Shown piece by piece: positions 18,018 to 28,266 of a stretch of 64,000 nt of DNA. The position numbers and the translations under genes were made by a program. The notes under the pieces are model-generated. The model saw only the letters and a program-made list of their open reading frames with translations. It had not been told where the DNA came from and searched no databases. Positions within the stretch are counted from its first letter, which is position 1, and the number at the start of each line of letters is the position of its first letter. Source of the DNA: Candidatus Omnitrophota bacterium (lineage in GTDB: Bacteria; Omnitrophota; Gorgyraeia; Zapsychrales; Fredricksoniimonadaceae). The stretch is from assembly GCA_903944345.1 (NCBI GenBank), contig CAJARJ010000005.1, positions 7,890 through 71,889 on the forward strand. Direction: 5' to 3'.

Positions 18018-19085
18018 ATGACCGAAGTCAAGAAAGTCTCTTCTGTGGAAAGTGAAAACAAGCGAAAAGCGCTGGATCTGGCTCTTGTCCAGATCGAAAA
18101 ACAGTTCGGCAAAGGTTCAATCATGAAAATGGACGGCCAGATTCGTCTGGACGTCGATTCTATTCCAACAGGATCTATTTCACTTGATCTGGCGCTGGGT
18201 GTCGGAGGAATACCTCGCGGACGGGTTATAGAGGTTTTCGGCCCCGAGTCTTCCGGCAAAACGACTTTAACACTGAGCATTATCAATCAAATCCAAAAAA
18301 AAGGCGGAGTTGCTGCTTTTATAGATGCCGAACACGCTTTTGATGCAACATATGCTGCCCGCATAGGTGTCAAACTTGATGAATTGCTTGTTTCTCAACC
18401 AGACACCGGGGAACAAGCTCTGGAAATTGCCGAAACACTGGTTCGTTCCAATGCTGTTGATCTGGTGGTTGTAGATTCTGTTGCCGCATTAACGCCCAAA
18501 GCTGAAATAGAAGGCGAGATGGGCGACAGTCATATGGGACTCCAGGCACGTTTGATGTCCCAGGCTTTACGCAAATTGACAGCTGTCACCAGTAAATCCA
18601 ATACTTGCCTGATCTTTATCAATCAGATTCGCATGAAGATTGGAGTTATGTTTGGCAATCCGGAAACCACTACCGGCGGGAATGCCCTTAAATTTTATTC
18701 TTCTGTACGAATTGACCTGAGACGTATCGAAACACTCAAAAAAGGCGATGAGCCTATAGGTAACCGGGTTCGGGCAAAAATTGTCAAAAACAAGGTGGCC
18801 GCCCCCTTCAAAGAGGCTGAGTTCGAAATCCACTTTAATGAAGGGATTTCCTATATGACCGATCTGATGGACCTGGCCATTAAACAAAACATTATTGATA
18901 AATCCGGGGCATGGTTTTCTTTCGAGGGTGAGCGGCTTGGCCAGGGACGCGATAATGTCAAAAAATTTCTGGAAGATACTCCCAAAATTGCTCACAAGAT
19001 CGAGAAACTAGTTTTAGAAAAAATCAAGGCCAAGCCTCCGGTAAACGTTAAACCGGAGCCTAAAGCCGAAAAGAAAGACGATTAG
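18018..19085 (+). CDS. recA: Recombinase A
   Basis: [24 protein letters not shown]; RBS GGAGG. Confidence 0.99.
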   Translation: MTEVKKVSSVESENKRKALDLALVQIEKQFGKGSIMKMDGQIRLDVDSIPTGSISLDLALGVGGIPRGRVIEVFGPESSGKTTLTLSIINQIQKKGGVAAFIDAEHAFDATYAARIGVKLDELLVSQPDTGEQALEIAETLVRSNAVDLVVVDSVAALTPKAEIEGEMGDSHMGLQARLMSQALRKLTAVTSKSNTCLIFINQIRMKIGVMFGNPETTTGGNALKFYSSVRIDLRRIETLKKGDEPIGNRVRAKIVKNKVAAPFKEAEFEIHFNEGISYMTDLMDLAIKQNIIDKSGAWFSFEGERLGQGRDNVKKFLEDTPKIAHKIEKLVLEKIKAKPPVNVKPEPKAEKKDD

Positions 19086-19091
19086 TTTTTT

Positions 19092-19547
19092 ATGGACAGT
19101 ACAGACTTTCAGAAGGCGAAGGGATACGTCCTTCGCCTTTTGAAATTACGGCCAAGGACTCGGCTGGAATGCCTGCAAAAAATGGCAGTCAGAAAAATAC
19201 CTCCGGATGTAGCTCTCGAGGTTGTTGGCTCTTTGGAGTCTTCAGGATTAGTTGATGATTCTGCTTTTTCCCGTTTATGGCTGCAAAGTCGTTTATCAAG
19301 ATATGGTATGCGACGACTTGTGCGGGAACTGGAACAGAAAGGAATTTCCAGGGAGCAAATAGCACTTTCGGGTTATCCCGATCAGGCGGATTACGATGAA
19401 ATTGCGGTAGCCCGTCGTATTGCCCAAAAACGGAGCGGTGTTTACAAGGGCGTTGATCCGCTCAAACAGAAAAAGCGCTTGTCTGATTATTTAATACGCA
19501 GAGGTTTTTCACAACAAACAATTAACCAGGTATTAAAGGACATATGA
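19092..19547 (+). CDS. recX: Regulatory protein RecX
   Basis: LLKLRPRT..E, GLVDD..F, ELEQKGI, YLIRRGF; follows recA. Confidence 0.9.
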   Translation: MDSTDFQKAKGYVLRLLKLRPRTRLECLQKMAVRKIPPDVALEVVGSLESSGLVDDSAFSRLWLQSRLSRYGMRRLVRELEQKGISREQIALSGYPDQADYDEIAVARRIAQKRSGVYKGVDPLKQKKRLSDYLIRRGFSQQTINQVLKDI

Positions 19548-22195
19548 CCGGTAACGAAATACGCGCAAGCTATCTTGATTTTTTCAGATCCAAAGGGCAC
19601 AAGATCATCTCCAGTGATTCGCTGGTTCCCAAAGATGATCCGACCGTGCTATTCACGACGGCTGGAATGCAGCAATTCAAGCCACAATTTCTGGGACATC
19701 TAACCGGTTTTTCCCGCGCGGCTTCTTCCCAGAAATGTTTGCGCACAGACGATCTTACAGAAGTCGGAGTGACAGATTTCCATCATACGATGTTTGAAAT
19801 GCTGGGCAACTTCTCTTTTGGTGATTACTTTAAACGTGAAGCAATTCATTGGGCCTGGGAATTTCTGACAATGGTTGTAAAGATTCCTGCGCAGAAATTG
19901 TGGGTTTCCGTTCATCGCGAAGATGATGAAGCTTATAACATCTGGCTCAACGACATCCGTCTTTCTCCCGAGCGGATTGTCAAACTTGGAGACAAGTCCA
20001 ATTTCTGGCCGTCCAATGCCCGGCTGAACGGACCCAATGGCCCTTGCGGCCCTTGTTCTGAAATATTTTTTGATTGGGGAAAGAACGATTGTGCCAATCC
20101 TGACTGTAATCCTGACTGTTCCTGCGGACGATTTTGTGAAGTATGGAATCTCGTTTTTACTCAGTACAACAGAAAGGATGGCGGCATTCTTGAGCCACTA
20201 CCGGCAAAAAATATTGATACGGGCATGGGCCTGGAACGTTTGACAGCCGTCCTTCAGGGCAAACACAACAATTTTGATTCGGATCTCTTTCAACCGATCA
20301 TAGCCTGCATCATGGCTGCGGAAACAGCTAATGCTTTCAAACTAACTTTAAAAGAGAGAAGAATTATAGCTGACCATATCCGCGCGGTCACATTTGGAAT
20401 CGCTGATGGCGTTATCCCTTCCAATGAAGGCCGCGGGTATGTTTTACGCCGCTTGATTGTCGATATGACCAATATTCTGATCATGTCAGGCGTCAAGAAA
20501 CCTTTTATTCATACCTTTGTTCCAGCTGTTGTCAATATTATGAAAGACGCTTACCCTGAGTTGGTTCAGAAACAGGATGAAATTACAACTCTGGTTCTGC
20601 GTGTTGAAGAAGGTGTTTTACGTCTGAATGCCGAGATGGTTCCTGCTTTTCTTGCCGAGCTGGCGGCGCTCAGGCAAATACCTGATACCATAATGTTACC
20701 CAAACTGGCCGGGGAATTAATGTTTCGGTATCGTGATACCCACGGACTTTCTTTAGAGTTTATCCGGGTTAAAGCCGAAGAAATACTGTCGCCCGAGTTG
20801 GCCAGACAGGCGGATACAATTGTTCAGTCCTTGATGGATGAGCAAAAACAGCGATCACGTACCGGAAGCAAAATGCAAGGCGATGTTTTTCTGGCGGGTA
20901 TACTGGATGTCAAGAGTTTTCCCAAAACCGATTTTGTGGGATACTCACAGCCTTCAGTTGAGGCTTCAATAATTGGAATCTTTGCCGATGGACAAACAAT
21001 TACCTCTTTGAACGACTCCCAGCAAGCGGTTGTTGTTCTGGACAAAACTCCATTCTACGCTGAACAAGGCGGACAAACAGCCGATATTGGAATTTTACAT
21101 GGGAAGTCAGGATCATTTGAAGTTACAGATACTCGTAAGCAAGGAGATGTTTTTCTTCATTACGGCGTTTGTAAAGGTAACCTGGCTGTCAACCAACCTG
21201 TCAAGGCGGCGATTGATGGTGAACGTCGCATGGCAGTTGCCAGCAACCATACCGCAACACATCTATTACAGGCTGCTCTGCGTCAGATTCTGGGAGAGCA
21301 TGTCAAACAGCAGGGATCATTAGTTGATCAAAACCGTCTGCGGTTTGATTTTACTCATCCCAAAGCCCTAAGCCGGGAAGAACTGCTGTCAGTCGAGAAT
21401 GTGGTTAATTCTTTTGTGCGACGTTGCGATAAGGTGTCCAAACAGGAAATGCTCATGCAAGAAGCCAGTTCTTCCGGAGCGTTGGCTTTCTTTGCCGAGA
21501 AATATGGTGAAACCGTCCGGGTCGTTACTGCTGGTGAATACTCCAAAGAGTTCTGCGCCGGCACTCACCTGGATTGCACAGGACAGATTGGTCTTTTCAA
21601 AGTTTTGTCTGAAAATGCGGTCGCTCAAGGTATTCGTCGTATCGAGGCTGTTACCGGAACCGGAGCGGTTGCTTTGATGAGAGAAAAAGAGGACATTCTT
21701 GAACGTTCAGCCAGTCTTCTGAAAGTGCAGGCGCATGAACTTCCGGTCAGACTGGACGCGCATTTAAAACGCATGCGTGAACTGCAAAAGACTGTGGCTG
21801 ATCAAAATTTTCTGCTTATCAAAGAAAACCTCGATTCAGTGATTAACAAGGTTGTTGTTGCAGGAGAAGCAGCTTTTGTTTCCTGCATTTTCAAAAATAC
21901 AGATATGGAAACCCTGCGCAGGCTTTCCGATCTTGTTCGCCAGCGTTGTACCTCTTTTGTAGCTTTATTGGGATCGACAACAGATGAAGACGGGGCCTTG
22001 ATTATTTCCTGTTCAGATGATCTGGTCAAAAAGGGCTGTCATGCCGGAACCTTGATCAAGAGAATCACCGGCGTTTTCGGAGGCTCAGGCGGCGGACGTC
22101 CCAATATGGCTCAAGCCGGCTGCAAGGACCCGCAACGTCTGGCTGAAACATTTGAGCAAATGAAAAAGATCGTCAAGGAGAGCTCCGGACTATGA
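19544..22195 (+). CDS. alaS: Alanine--tRNA ligase
   Basis: LFTTAGMQQFK, FEMLGNFSFGDYFK, DTGMGLER, HTATH, EFCAGTH, GGGRPNMAQAG. Confidence 0.99.
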   Translation: MTGNEIRASYLDFFRSKGHKIISSDSLVPKDDPTVLFTTAGMQQFKPQFLGHLTGFSRAASSQKCLRTDDLTEVGVTDFHHTMFEMLGNFSFGDYFKREAIHWAWEFLTMVVKIPAQKLWVSVHREDDEAYNIWLNDIRLSPERIVKLGDKSNFWPSNARLNGPNGPCGPCSEIFFDWGKNDCANPDCNPDCSCGRFCEVWNLVFTQYNRKDGGILEPLPAKNIDTGMGLERLTAVLQGKHNNFDSDLFQPIIACIMAAETANAFKLTLKERRIIADHIRAVTFGIADGVIPSNEGRGYVLRRLIVDMTNILIMSGVKKPFIHTFVPAVVNIMKDAYPELVQKQDEITTLVLRVEEGVLRLNAEMVPAFLAELAALRQIPDTIMLPKLAGELMFRYRDTHGLSLEFIRVKAEEILSPELARQADTIVQSLMDEQKQRSRTGSKMQGDVFLAGILDVKSFPKTDFVGYSQPSVEASIIGIFADGQTITSLNDSQQAVVVLDKTPFYAEQGGQTADIGILHGKSGSFEVTDTRKQGDVFLHYGVCKGNLAVNQPVKAAIDGERRMAVASNHTATHLLQAALRQILGEHVKQQGSLVDQNRLRFDFTHPKALSREELLSVENVVNSFVRRCDKVSKQEMLMQEASSSGALAFFAEKYGETVRVVTAGEYSKEFCAGTHLDCTGQIGLFKVLSENAVAQGIRRIEAVTGTGAVALMREKEDILERSASLLKVQAHELPVRLDAHLKRMRELQKTVADQNFLLIKENLDSVINKVVVAGEAAFVSCIFKNTDMETLRRLSDLVRQRCTSFVALLGSTTDEDGALIISCSDDLVKKGCHAGTLIKRITGVFGGSGGGRPNMAQAGCKDPQRLAETFEQMKKIVKESSGL

Positions 22196-23415
22196 AACTT
22201 CTACAATTACAGGCTAATACTATCCAGGAACTTTATAATCGCAATTTTTTCTATCGCCGCCAAAGCACAGTCTCAAAAGTTTCCCGTATTGTTGATGATA
22301 TCCGTTTGCACGGGGATACTGCGGTCCTGAAATATACCCGTCGTTTTGACCGCATCAAGATGACCGCAAAAGATTTAAGAGTTTCGGAAAGTGAAATCAG
22401 CAGTTCGTTTCAGGATATTTCATCGGACTTCATATCGACACTTAAATTTGCCATTAACAATGTTACGACTTTCTATAAGAAACAGATCAAGAAACCCGTC
22501 TGCATCAAAAGCGCTGACGGGATCGTGCTTAAAGAAGAATATTATCCTGTCGATTCTGTGGGCGTTTACATCCCTGCAGGAACAGCCCCTTTGGTATCGT
22601 CTGTCTATATGACAGTCATCCCTGCCCGTATTGCAGGTGTTCGACGGGTGGTTATTGCAACTCCACCAGGAAAAGATGGCCGGGTCAATCCGCACATCCT
22701 GGCTGTTGCCAATCTGCTAAATGTCAACGAAGTCTATAAGGTGGGCGGTGCCCAGGCCGTTGCCGCTCTGGCTTTTGGAACCAAAACTATTCCCCGTGTA
22801 GACAAGATAGTCGGGCCAGGGAACTCTTATGTGACTGAGGCCAAGCGCCAGTTGTTTGGATATGTTGATATCGATATGCTGGCAGGCCCCACCGAGCTTG
22901 TGGTCATTGCCAACCGTTACAGCAATCCTGAATACGTCATTGCTGATCTTGAATCGCAACTCGAACACTCTGGTGGTCTGTCCATCCTTATTTCCACTTC
23001 GAAAGGGCTGATACGACAGGTAAAAAACCGGGTTCAGGGAGGGTATGTCATATACGCGAAAAACATGGAAGAAGCTTGCGATATTGCCAACAAGATTGCC
23101 CCGGAACATCTACAAATTATGACCAATGATCCGCGGAGCGTGGCACGCATGATACGTAATGCGGGCGCAATCTTTCTGGGACCATTTAGTCCTACTCCGT
23201 TAGGAGATTATATTGCCGGCCCAAGCCACGTATTGCCAACTCTGGGGACAGCCAAGTTCTCTTCAGGATTATCATTGTCTGATTTCATGAAAACCAGTCA
23301 TATTATTTCCTATTCACGAAAAGCACTTGAAAAGGTTCGTGAACCTCTGGAAAAAGTGGCCTTGATTGAAGGTCTTGTCAAACATGCTGAATCAGTTAAT
23401 ATAAGGTTCAGATAA
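22192..23415 (+). CDS. hisD: Histidinol dehydrogenase
   Basis: IDMLAGPTE, SQLEH, APEHL, GDYIAGPSHVLPT. Confidence 0.96.
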   Translation: MKLLQLQANTIQELYNRNFFYRRQSTVSKVSRIVDDIRLHGDTAVLKYTRRFDRIKMTAKDLRVSESEISSSFQDISSDFISTLKFAINNVTTFYKKQIKKPVCIKSADGIVLKEEYYPVDSVGVYIPAGTAPLVSSVYMTVIPARIAGVRRVVIATPPGKDGRVNPHILAVANLLNVNEVYKVGGAQAVAALAFGTKTIPRVDKIVGPGNSYVTEAKRQLFGYVDIDMLAGPTELVVIANRYSNPEYVIADLESQLEHSGGLSILISTSKGLIRQVKNRVQGGYVIYAKNMEEACDIANKIAPEHLQIMTNDPRSVARMIRNAGAIFLGPFSPTPLGDYIAGPSHVLPTLGTAKFSSGLSLSDFMKTSHIISYSRKALEKVREPLEKVALIEGLVKHAESVNIRFR

Positions 23416-23487
23416 GACTTAATTATTCAATGCGGAGCCTTTTAAATAAAAAGGTCCGTATTAAATTCGTTTGAAAAAGGAGCGCAA

Positions 23488-24105
23488 ATGATACCAAGAC
23501 AAGCGACAATCGAAAGAAAAAGTAAAGAAACGCATATTAAGGCTTCATTGAACATTGACGGGCGCGGAGATCGTTGTGATATCCGTACCGGTATCGCCTT
23601 CCTTGATCATATGATTGAATTGTTCGCTTTCCATGGTCTTTTTGATCTCAAGCTGGAAGTCATTAAATCAGATACCGCAATTGATATCCATCATACAAAC
23701 GAAGATATCGGAATCGTTCTGGGCAAAGTTTTTAAACAGGCTTTAGCGGATAAAGCTGGGATCCGCCGCTTTGGCTGCGCAGGCGCACCCATGGAAGCAA
23801 CCGTCGCGCGTTGTGTTCTTGATATCAGTGGCCGCGGGTATTTCAAATTCAATATCGAGAACGATAAACTTGTAAATAATGGAGAAAAACAGGAATATTC
23901 CCTGAATTATCTGGAGCACTTCATGGAATCTTTCGCACACAATCTTGGCGCCACGCTGTGTATAACGTTACAAAATGGCTCTGATGATGTGCATACAAAT
24001 GTTGAGGCCGTTTTTAAGGCCCTGGGGCTGGCGCTTGATCAAGCCACGCAGGTAGATCCCAGAAGGGAAGGCATTGTGCCTTCAACAAAAGGAATTATTG
24101 ACTGA
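23488..24105 (+). CDS. hisB: Imidazoleglycerol-phosphate dehydratase (atypical metal ligands)
   Basis: TGIAFLDHM, DIHHTNED, EAVFKA, PSTKG. Confidence 0.92.
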   Translation: MIPRQATIERKSKETHIKASLNIDGRGDRCDIRTGIAFLDHMIELFAFHGLFDLKLEVIKSDTAIDIHHTNEDIGIVLGKVFKQALADKAGIRRFGCAGAPMEATVARCVLDISGRGYFKFNIENDKLVNNGEKQEYSLNYLEHFMESFAHNLGATLCITLQNGSDDVHTNVEAVFKALGLALDQATQVDPRREGIVPSTKGIID

Positions 24106-24148
24106 ATCAGGCGACACTTCCTGCCGGGTTTAATCGGAGAGATTGCCA

Positions 24149-24754
24149 ATGATAGCTATCATTGATTATGGAATGGGGAATTTGCGCAGTGTTCAGAAAG
24201 CGCTTGAAGCTGCAGGCGCAAGTACCAAGATCGTTTCATCTGCCAAGGAACTGGATTCTGCCGACAAAGTTGTTTTGCCTGGTGTGGGAGCCATGAAACC
24301 GGCCATGGACAGGCTTGAGGAGCTGGGCCTAATTGAGCCTATACGGTTTTATGTAAGTTCTGGAAAACCTTTTCTCGGTATTTGTCTTGGGTTCCAATTG
24401 TTATTCGATCGCAGTTCTGAGGGCGGAGATGTTCAGGGACTGGGTATTATCTCCGGTGATGTTCGCCGTTTTCCAAATACTGTCAAGGTTCCCCAGATCG
24501 GTTGGAATAATCTCCTTTTGCCCAACGATGCTTCCTGTATGTTCCAGAAAATGCGAAATGACCTATTTGTGTACTTTTGTCATTCTTATTACGTTGTTCC
24601 TGAAGACGAAACTTTAGTGTCCGCATGGGCTCAATATGGCTTGCGCTATACCGCAGCTATCCAGCATAAAAACCTGTGGGGAGTGCAGTTCCATCCAGAG
24701 AAAAGCCAGGGGGCAGGGGCACTGCTTCTAAAAAATTTCGTTGAGACAATATGA
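24149..24754 (+). CDS. hisH: IGP synthase glutamine amidotransferase subunit
   Basis: IDYGMGNL, GICLG, QFHPEKS. Confidence 0.97.
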   Translation: MIAIIDYGMGNLRSVQKALEAAGASTKIVSSAKELDSADKVVLPGVGAMKPAMDRLEELGLIEPIRFYVSSGKPFLGICLGFQLLFDRSSEGGDVQGLGIISGDVRRFPNTVKVPQIGWNNLLLPNDASCMFQKMRNDLFVYFCHSYYVVPEDETLVSAWAQYGLRYTAAIQHKNLWGVQFHPEKSQGAGALLLKNFVETI

Positions 24755-25473
24755 TTATCCTTCCGGCTATTGATATTAAACAGGGTCGCGTCATTCGTCT
24801 TTTCAAAGGACAATTTGACAAGGTTACCGATTATGGTGCTGATCCTTTGTCTATGGCCAAACACTGGGAAGATATGGGCGCACCTTATTTGCATGTTGTC
24901 GATCTGGACGGAGCAGAATCAGGAAACCGGATCAACCAATCCATCATTTGCCGCATAGCCCAAGACCTCAAAATTCCTGTCGAAACCGGCGGAGGCATTC
25001 GTTCGCACGAAACGATCAGGGAATATATGCAGGCAGGTATTTCCCGGGTTATTCTGGGAACCAGAGTCGTCAGCGACCGGGACTTTCTTAAACGCGCACT
25101 GGCTGATTGGGGCGAACGTATTGCGGTCAGTATTGACTGTTCCAACGGTTTTGTCGCACAACGAGGATGGCAGGAAACCTCCTCGGTTAAAGGCATTGAT
25201 CTGGCTCGCGAATTTTCCGCCATGGGACTTCAGTACATTATTTACACGGATATAGCCAGAGACGGCACTCTTGAAGGGCCAAACATTACAGGGCTGCTCG
25301 AAATTCTTGATAATGTTTCTGTCAACGTTATTGCTTCGGGGGGAATTAAAGATGAGTCCGACATCAAAACTCTGTCCGCCCTCAAACGTTCCAATTTGTA
25401 CGGAGTCATAACCGGCAAAGCCATTTACGAAGGCAAGCTTGATCTTAAACACGCTTTAGGGCTTTGCCAATGA
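24751..25473 (+). CDS. hisA: ProFAR isomerase
   Basis: PAIDI, HVVDLDGA, GGGIR, TDIARDG. Confidence 0.97.
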   Translation: MIILPAIDIKQGRVIRLFKGQFDKVTDYGADPLSMAKHWEDMGAPYLHVVDLDGAESGNRINQSIICRIAQDLKIPVETGGGIRSHETIREYMQAGISRVILGTRVVSDRDFLKRALADWGERIAVSIDCSNGFVAQRGWQETSSVKGIDLAREFSAMGLQYIIYTDIARDGTLEGPNITGLLEILDNVSVNVIASGGIKDESDIKTLSALKRSNLYGVITGKAIYEGKLDLKHALGLCQ

Positions 25474-27401
25474 GCCAACCCGGTTTGCGGACGACTTTTG
25501 TTGAGTATTGTCGTCGTGTTTTCTTTCTGTGTTCGAACCCGTTTTTTCCTTTCGTATTAGGCTTGATTTCTTTCTGCCTTATTATCGGACTGTTCTTCCC
25601 TCTTTTGAATGCAGAATATTTGTTCCATTATGATGATGGAACGAATTTCTTGCATAATTCCTGGGTAATAAACACTGAATTAACACAAATATGGAAGATC
25701 TTCTTTGCTGCAAATACAGCAAATCAAACCTATGTTCCCTTAAGCGTGCTGACTTTCTTTCTGGAGAACTATTTATGGGGACTACACGCACCTGTATCTC
25801 ATCTGATTAATCTTTTCTTACATCTCGCTGTTGTTGTTTTCTTGTACCAGTTTGCCAGATTGATAGGATCAACGAGGATCACCGCATTTACCGCTGCGTT
25901 AATATTTGCTCTACACCCATTACATGTGGAGCCAGTCGTCTGGGTATCTGCCCGCAAGGATCTTTTGTTCTCTCTTTTTTATCTCTTGTCCCTGATAGAA
26001 TATTGTCGGTACATTAAAGAACGTAAAGCCCAGGATTATTGCTTGTCTTTATTGGCCGGTTTACTGAGCATTCTCTCTAAACCTATGGCTATCTCATTGC
26101 CATTGGCACTTTTTCTGGTTGATTATTTAATGCAAAGACGGTTTGGAAAAAGATCCCTGTTTGATAAACTGCCTTTTATTTTCACCATTCTGCCCATTGG
26201 ATGGATAACCTACGCGATGAACGCCCGGTCATCCTTTTTTATCTGGCCAGATTCTTTACTTTTCTGGTCTGATTGCGGCTGGTTTTACATATCAAAATTT
26301 TTCTGGCCTGCTGCGTTAACCCCCTTAACTTTACCCGATTTATCTGCTAATTGGCTTTCAGACAGATTTATTTTTTCATTTCTTCCGTTAACTGCTTCTT
26401 TACTTGTGGCTCTTTTTGTAAAAAGCAGGTTAATGTTCTTTTCTTTAATGTTTTATGTGTGTGGCACCTTCTTTCTCTGGCGCTTTGATCTGGGTGTCGA
26501 TCTGAATTATGTTGCCGGAAGATTTATGTATCTGCCCAGCATCGGGTTTTGCCTACTGGTCGGCTTCTGTTTCGAGCAACTCCTTCGGCGTTTCAAGCCG
26601 GGATACTTTGCATGGGTTCTTCTTTCTGTTTTGATCATTTCTTTTCTTGTTTTGTCAGCCCGACAAGTTAGAATATGGCATAATTCGTGCGTTTTCTGGA
26701 AAGAGATCACTGCCCGCAATCCCGAATTTCCAGAAGGTTGGCGCTGGTTAGCTGCCGCCTATAACAATGGGGGAGAAGGTTGCTCCAGGCAAATTGCGCG
26801 GATGATTGCTGAAGATAAAAAAATATCCTGGATTAAATTTAGAAAAAAATATTCCGATTCTTATTATCTTAAAATTGATATCGTTCGACGAATACTGTCT
26901 TTACGCTATAGTCGAAAAGCATTGGAACTTAATCCTGAAGGCACCCAGGAATTGAATTATATCGGACGGGCTTTATTATTTCTTGGAAGCCCGCTAAAAG
27001 CACTTTACAACTTTGACCGGGCCATAGACCTGGATCCAAAGGAACCTTTACATTATTTGTTCCGAGCCAGGACTCATGCGGCATTAGCTCGATATGAAAA
27101 GGCAGTAACTGATTATGCTCAAACAATCGCTTTAGGTCATATTTCCGCTGAAACTTTCAGCGAGCGCGCAGATCTTTTGATACTGGCCAATCGGCCAAAG
27201 GAAGCTCTGGAAGACCTTAAGCGGGTTCTTGTTCATAGACCATTGAACAGGGACATTTATTCAAGATCATTTCTGGCTGCTATAAGAAGTTCGCAGCTGG
27301 AATTTGCCAATGATATTCTTACTCTGGAAAACAAGCTGTTTCCAAACGATATTTTATTGGACCAACACAAGCGATTACTTGAGCAGGCCCAAAGTCGTTG
27401 A
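25470..27401 (+). CDS. TMTC-like GT-C glycosyltransferase with C-terminal TPRs
   Basis: YDD, HLINLFLH, FALHPLHVEPVVWVSARKD, LSKP, RFMYLPS; TPR-like tail. Confidence 0.8.
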   Translation: MSQPGLRTTFVEYCRRVFFLCSNPFFPFVLGLISFCLIIGLFFPLLNAEYLFHYDDGTNFLHNSWVINTELTQIWKIFFAANTANQTYVPLSVLTFFLENYLWGLHAPVSHLINLFLHLAVVVFLYQFARLIGSTRITAFTAALIFALHPLHVEPVVWVSARKDLLFSLFYLLSLIEYCRYIKERKAQDYCLSLLAGLLSILSKPMAISLPLALFLVDYLMQRRFGKRSLFDKLPFIFTILPIGWITYAMNARSSFFIWPDSLLFWSDCGWFYISKFFWPAALTPLTLPDLSANWLSDRFIFSFLPLTASLLVALFVKSRLMFFSLMFYVCGTFFLWRFDLGVDLNYVAGRFMYLPSIGFCLLVGFCFEQLLRRFKPGYFAWVLLSVLIISFLVLSARQVRIWHNSCVFWKEITARNPEFPEGWRWLAAAYNNGGEGCSRQIARMIAEDKKISWIKFRKKYSDSYYLKIDIVRRILSLRYSRKALELNPEGTQELNYIGRALLFLGSPLKALYNFDRAIDLDPKEPLHYLFRARTHAALARYEKAVTDYAQTIALGHISAETFSERADLLILANRPKEALEDLKRVLVHRPLNRDIYSRSFLAAIRSSQLEFANDILTLENKLFPNDILLDQHKRLLEQAQSR

Positions 27402-27458
27402 CAAATTTCTTTCGATGAACTTTATTTTACACTTTTGTTTAAACAATAACGGAGTATT

Positions 27459-28214
27459 ATGCTGACGAAACGCATTATTCCCTGCCTGGATGTTAAAGAC
27501 GGGCGAGTGGTTAAAGGCATTAATTTTGTCCAGTTACGTGATGCCGGAGACCCGGTCGAAATAGCCCGGGCTTATGATCTGGCCCGAGCGGACGAACTGG
27601 TTTTTCTGGATATTACAGCCAGCCATGAAGGCAGAAAGATATTTCTCGATGTGGTCAAGCGCACAGCCGAACAGATTTTTATGCCTTTGACGGTTGGTGG
27701 AGGGATTAACTCGGTCGAGGATATCCGGAGCTTACTTAATGCAGGGGCAGATAAAATTTCACTCAATACAGCTGCGGTGGCCAATCCGGCACTGATCAAG
27801 GAAGCTTCGGACAAATTTGGCTCGCAGTGTATTGTTGTGGCCATTGATGTCCGAAAAATTAACGGCGACTGGATCGTTTTCACGCATGGAGGCCGTCAAC
27901 AAACCAACCTCCAGGCTGTGCCCTGGGCGAAAGAAGTCGAAAGGCTTGGGGCTGGTGAAATCCTTTTGACCAGCATGGATACTGACGGGACAAAAGACGG
28001 GTTTGATATCCCGCTGACACGTGCTGTCAGTGCGTCGGTAGGGATTCCTGTCATAGCCTCGGGAGGGGCAGGTGCGCTTGCTCATTTCTATGATGTTTTC
28101 AGCCAGACGGGGGCGCAAGCCGCACTGGCCGCTTCCATTTTTCACTTTGGAGAAATTGCCATACCACAGGTTAAAGGTTATTTAATGGAACGTTCCGTTT
28201 GTGTTCGTGTCTAA
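27459..28214 (+). CDS. hisF: IGP synthase cyclase subunit
   Basis: [26 protein letters not shown]. Confidence 0.98.
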   Translation: MLTKRIIPCLDVKDGRVVKGINFVQLRDAGDPVEIARAYDLARADELVFLDITASHEGRKIFLDVVKRTAEQIFMPLTVGGGINSVEDIRSLLNAGADKISLNTAAVANPALIKEASDKFGSQCIVVAIDVRKINGDWIVFTHGGRQQTNLQAVPWAKEVERLGAGEILLTSMDTDGTKDGFDIPLTRAVSASVGIPVIASGGAGALAHFYDVFSQTGAQAALAASIFHFGEIAIPQVKGYLMERSVCVRV

Positions 28215-28266
28215 TATTTTTTCAAGTTAAACGTATAAGCACCTGTGTTATCATCGAGGAATATCT

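Noticed and set aside
17552-18286. 244-aa minus-strand ORF (likewise 56893-57558 and other antisense ORFs)
   Set aside because: Antisense shadows of conserved genes (recA/glnK, atpA) with no recognisable motifs
23429-23462. Hairpin between hisD and hisB as a his attenuator
   Set aside because: No His-codon leader peptide or T-box motif and no strong U tract
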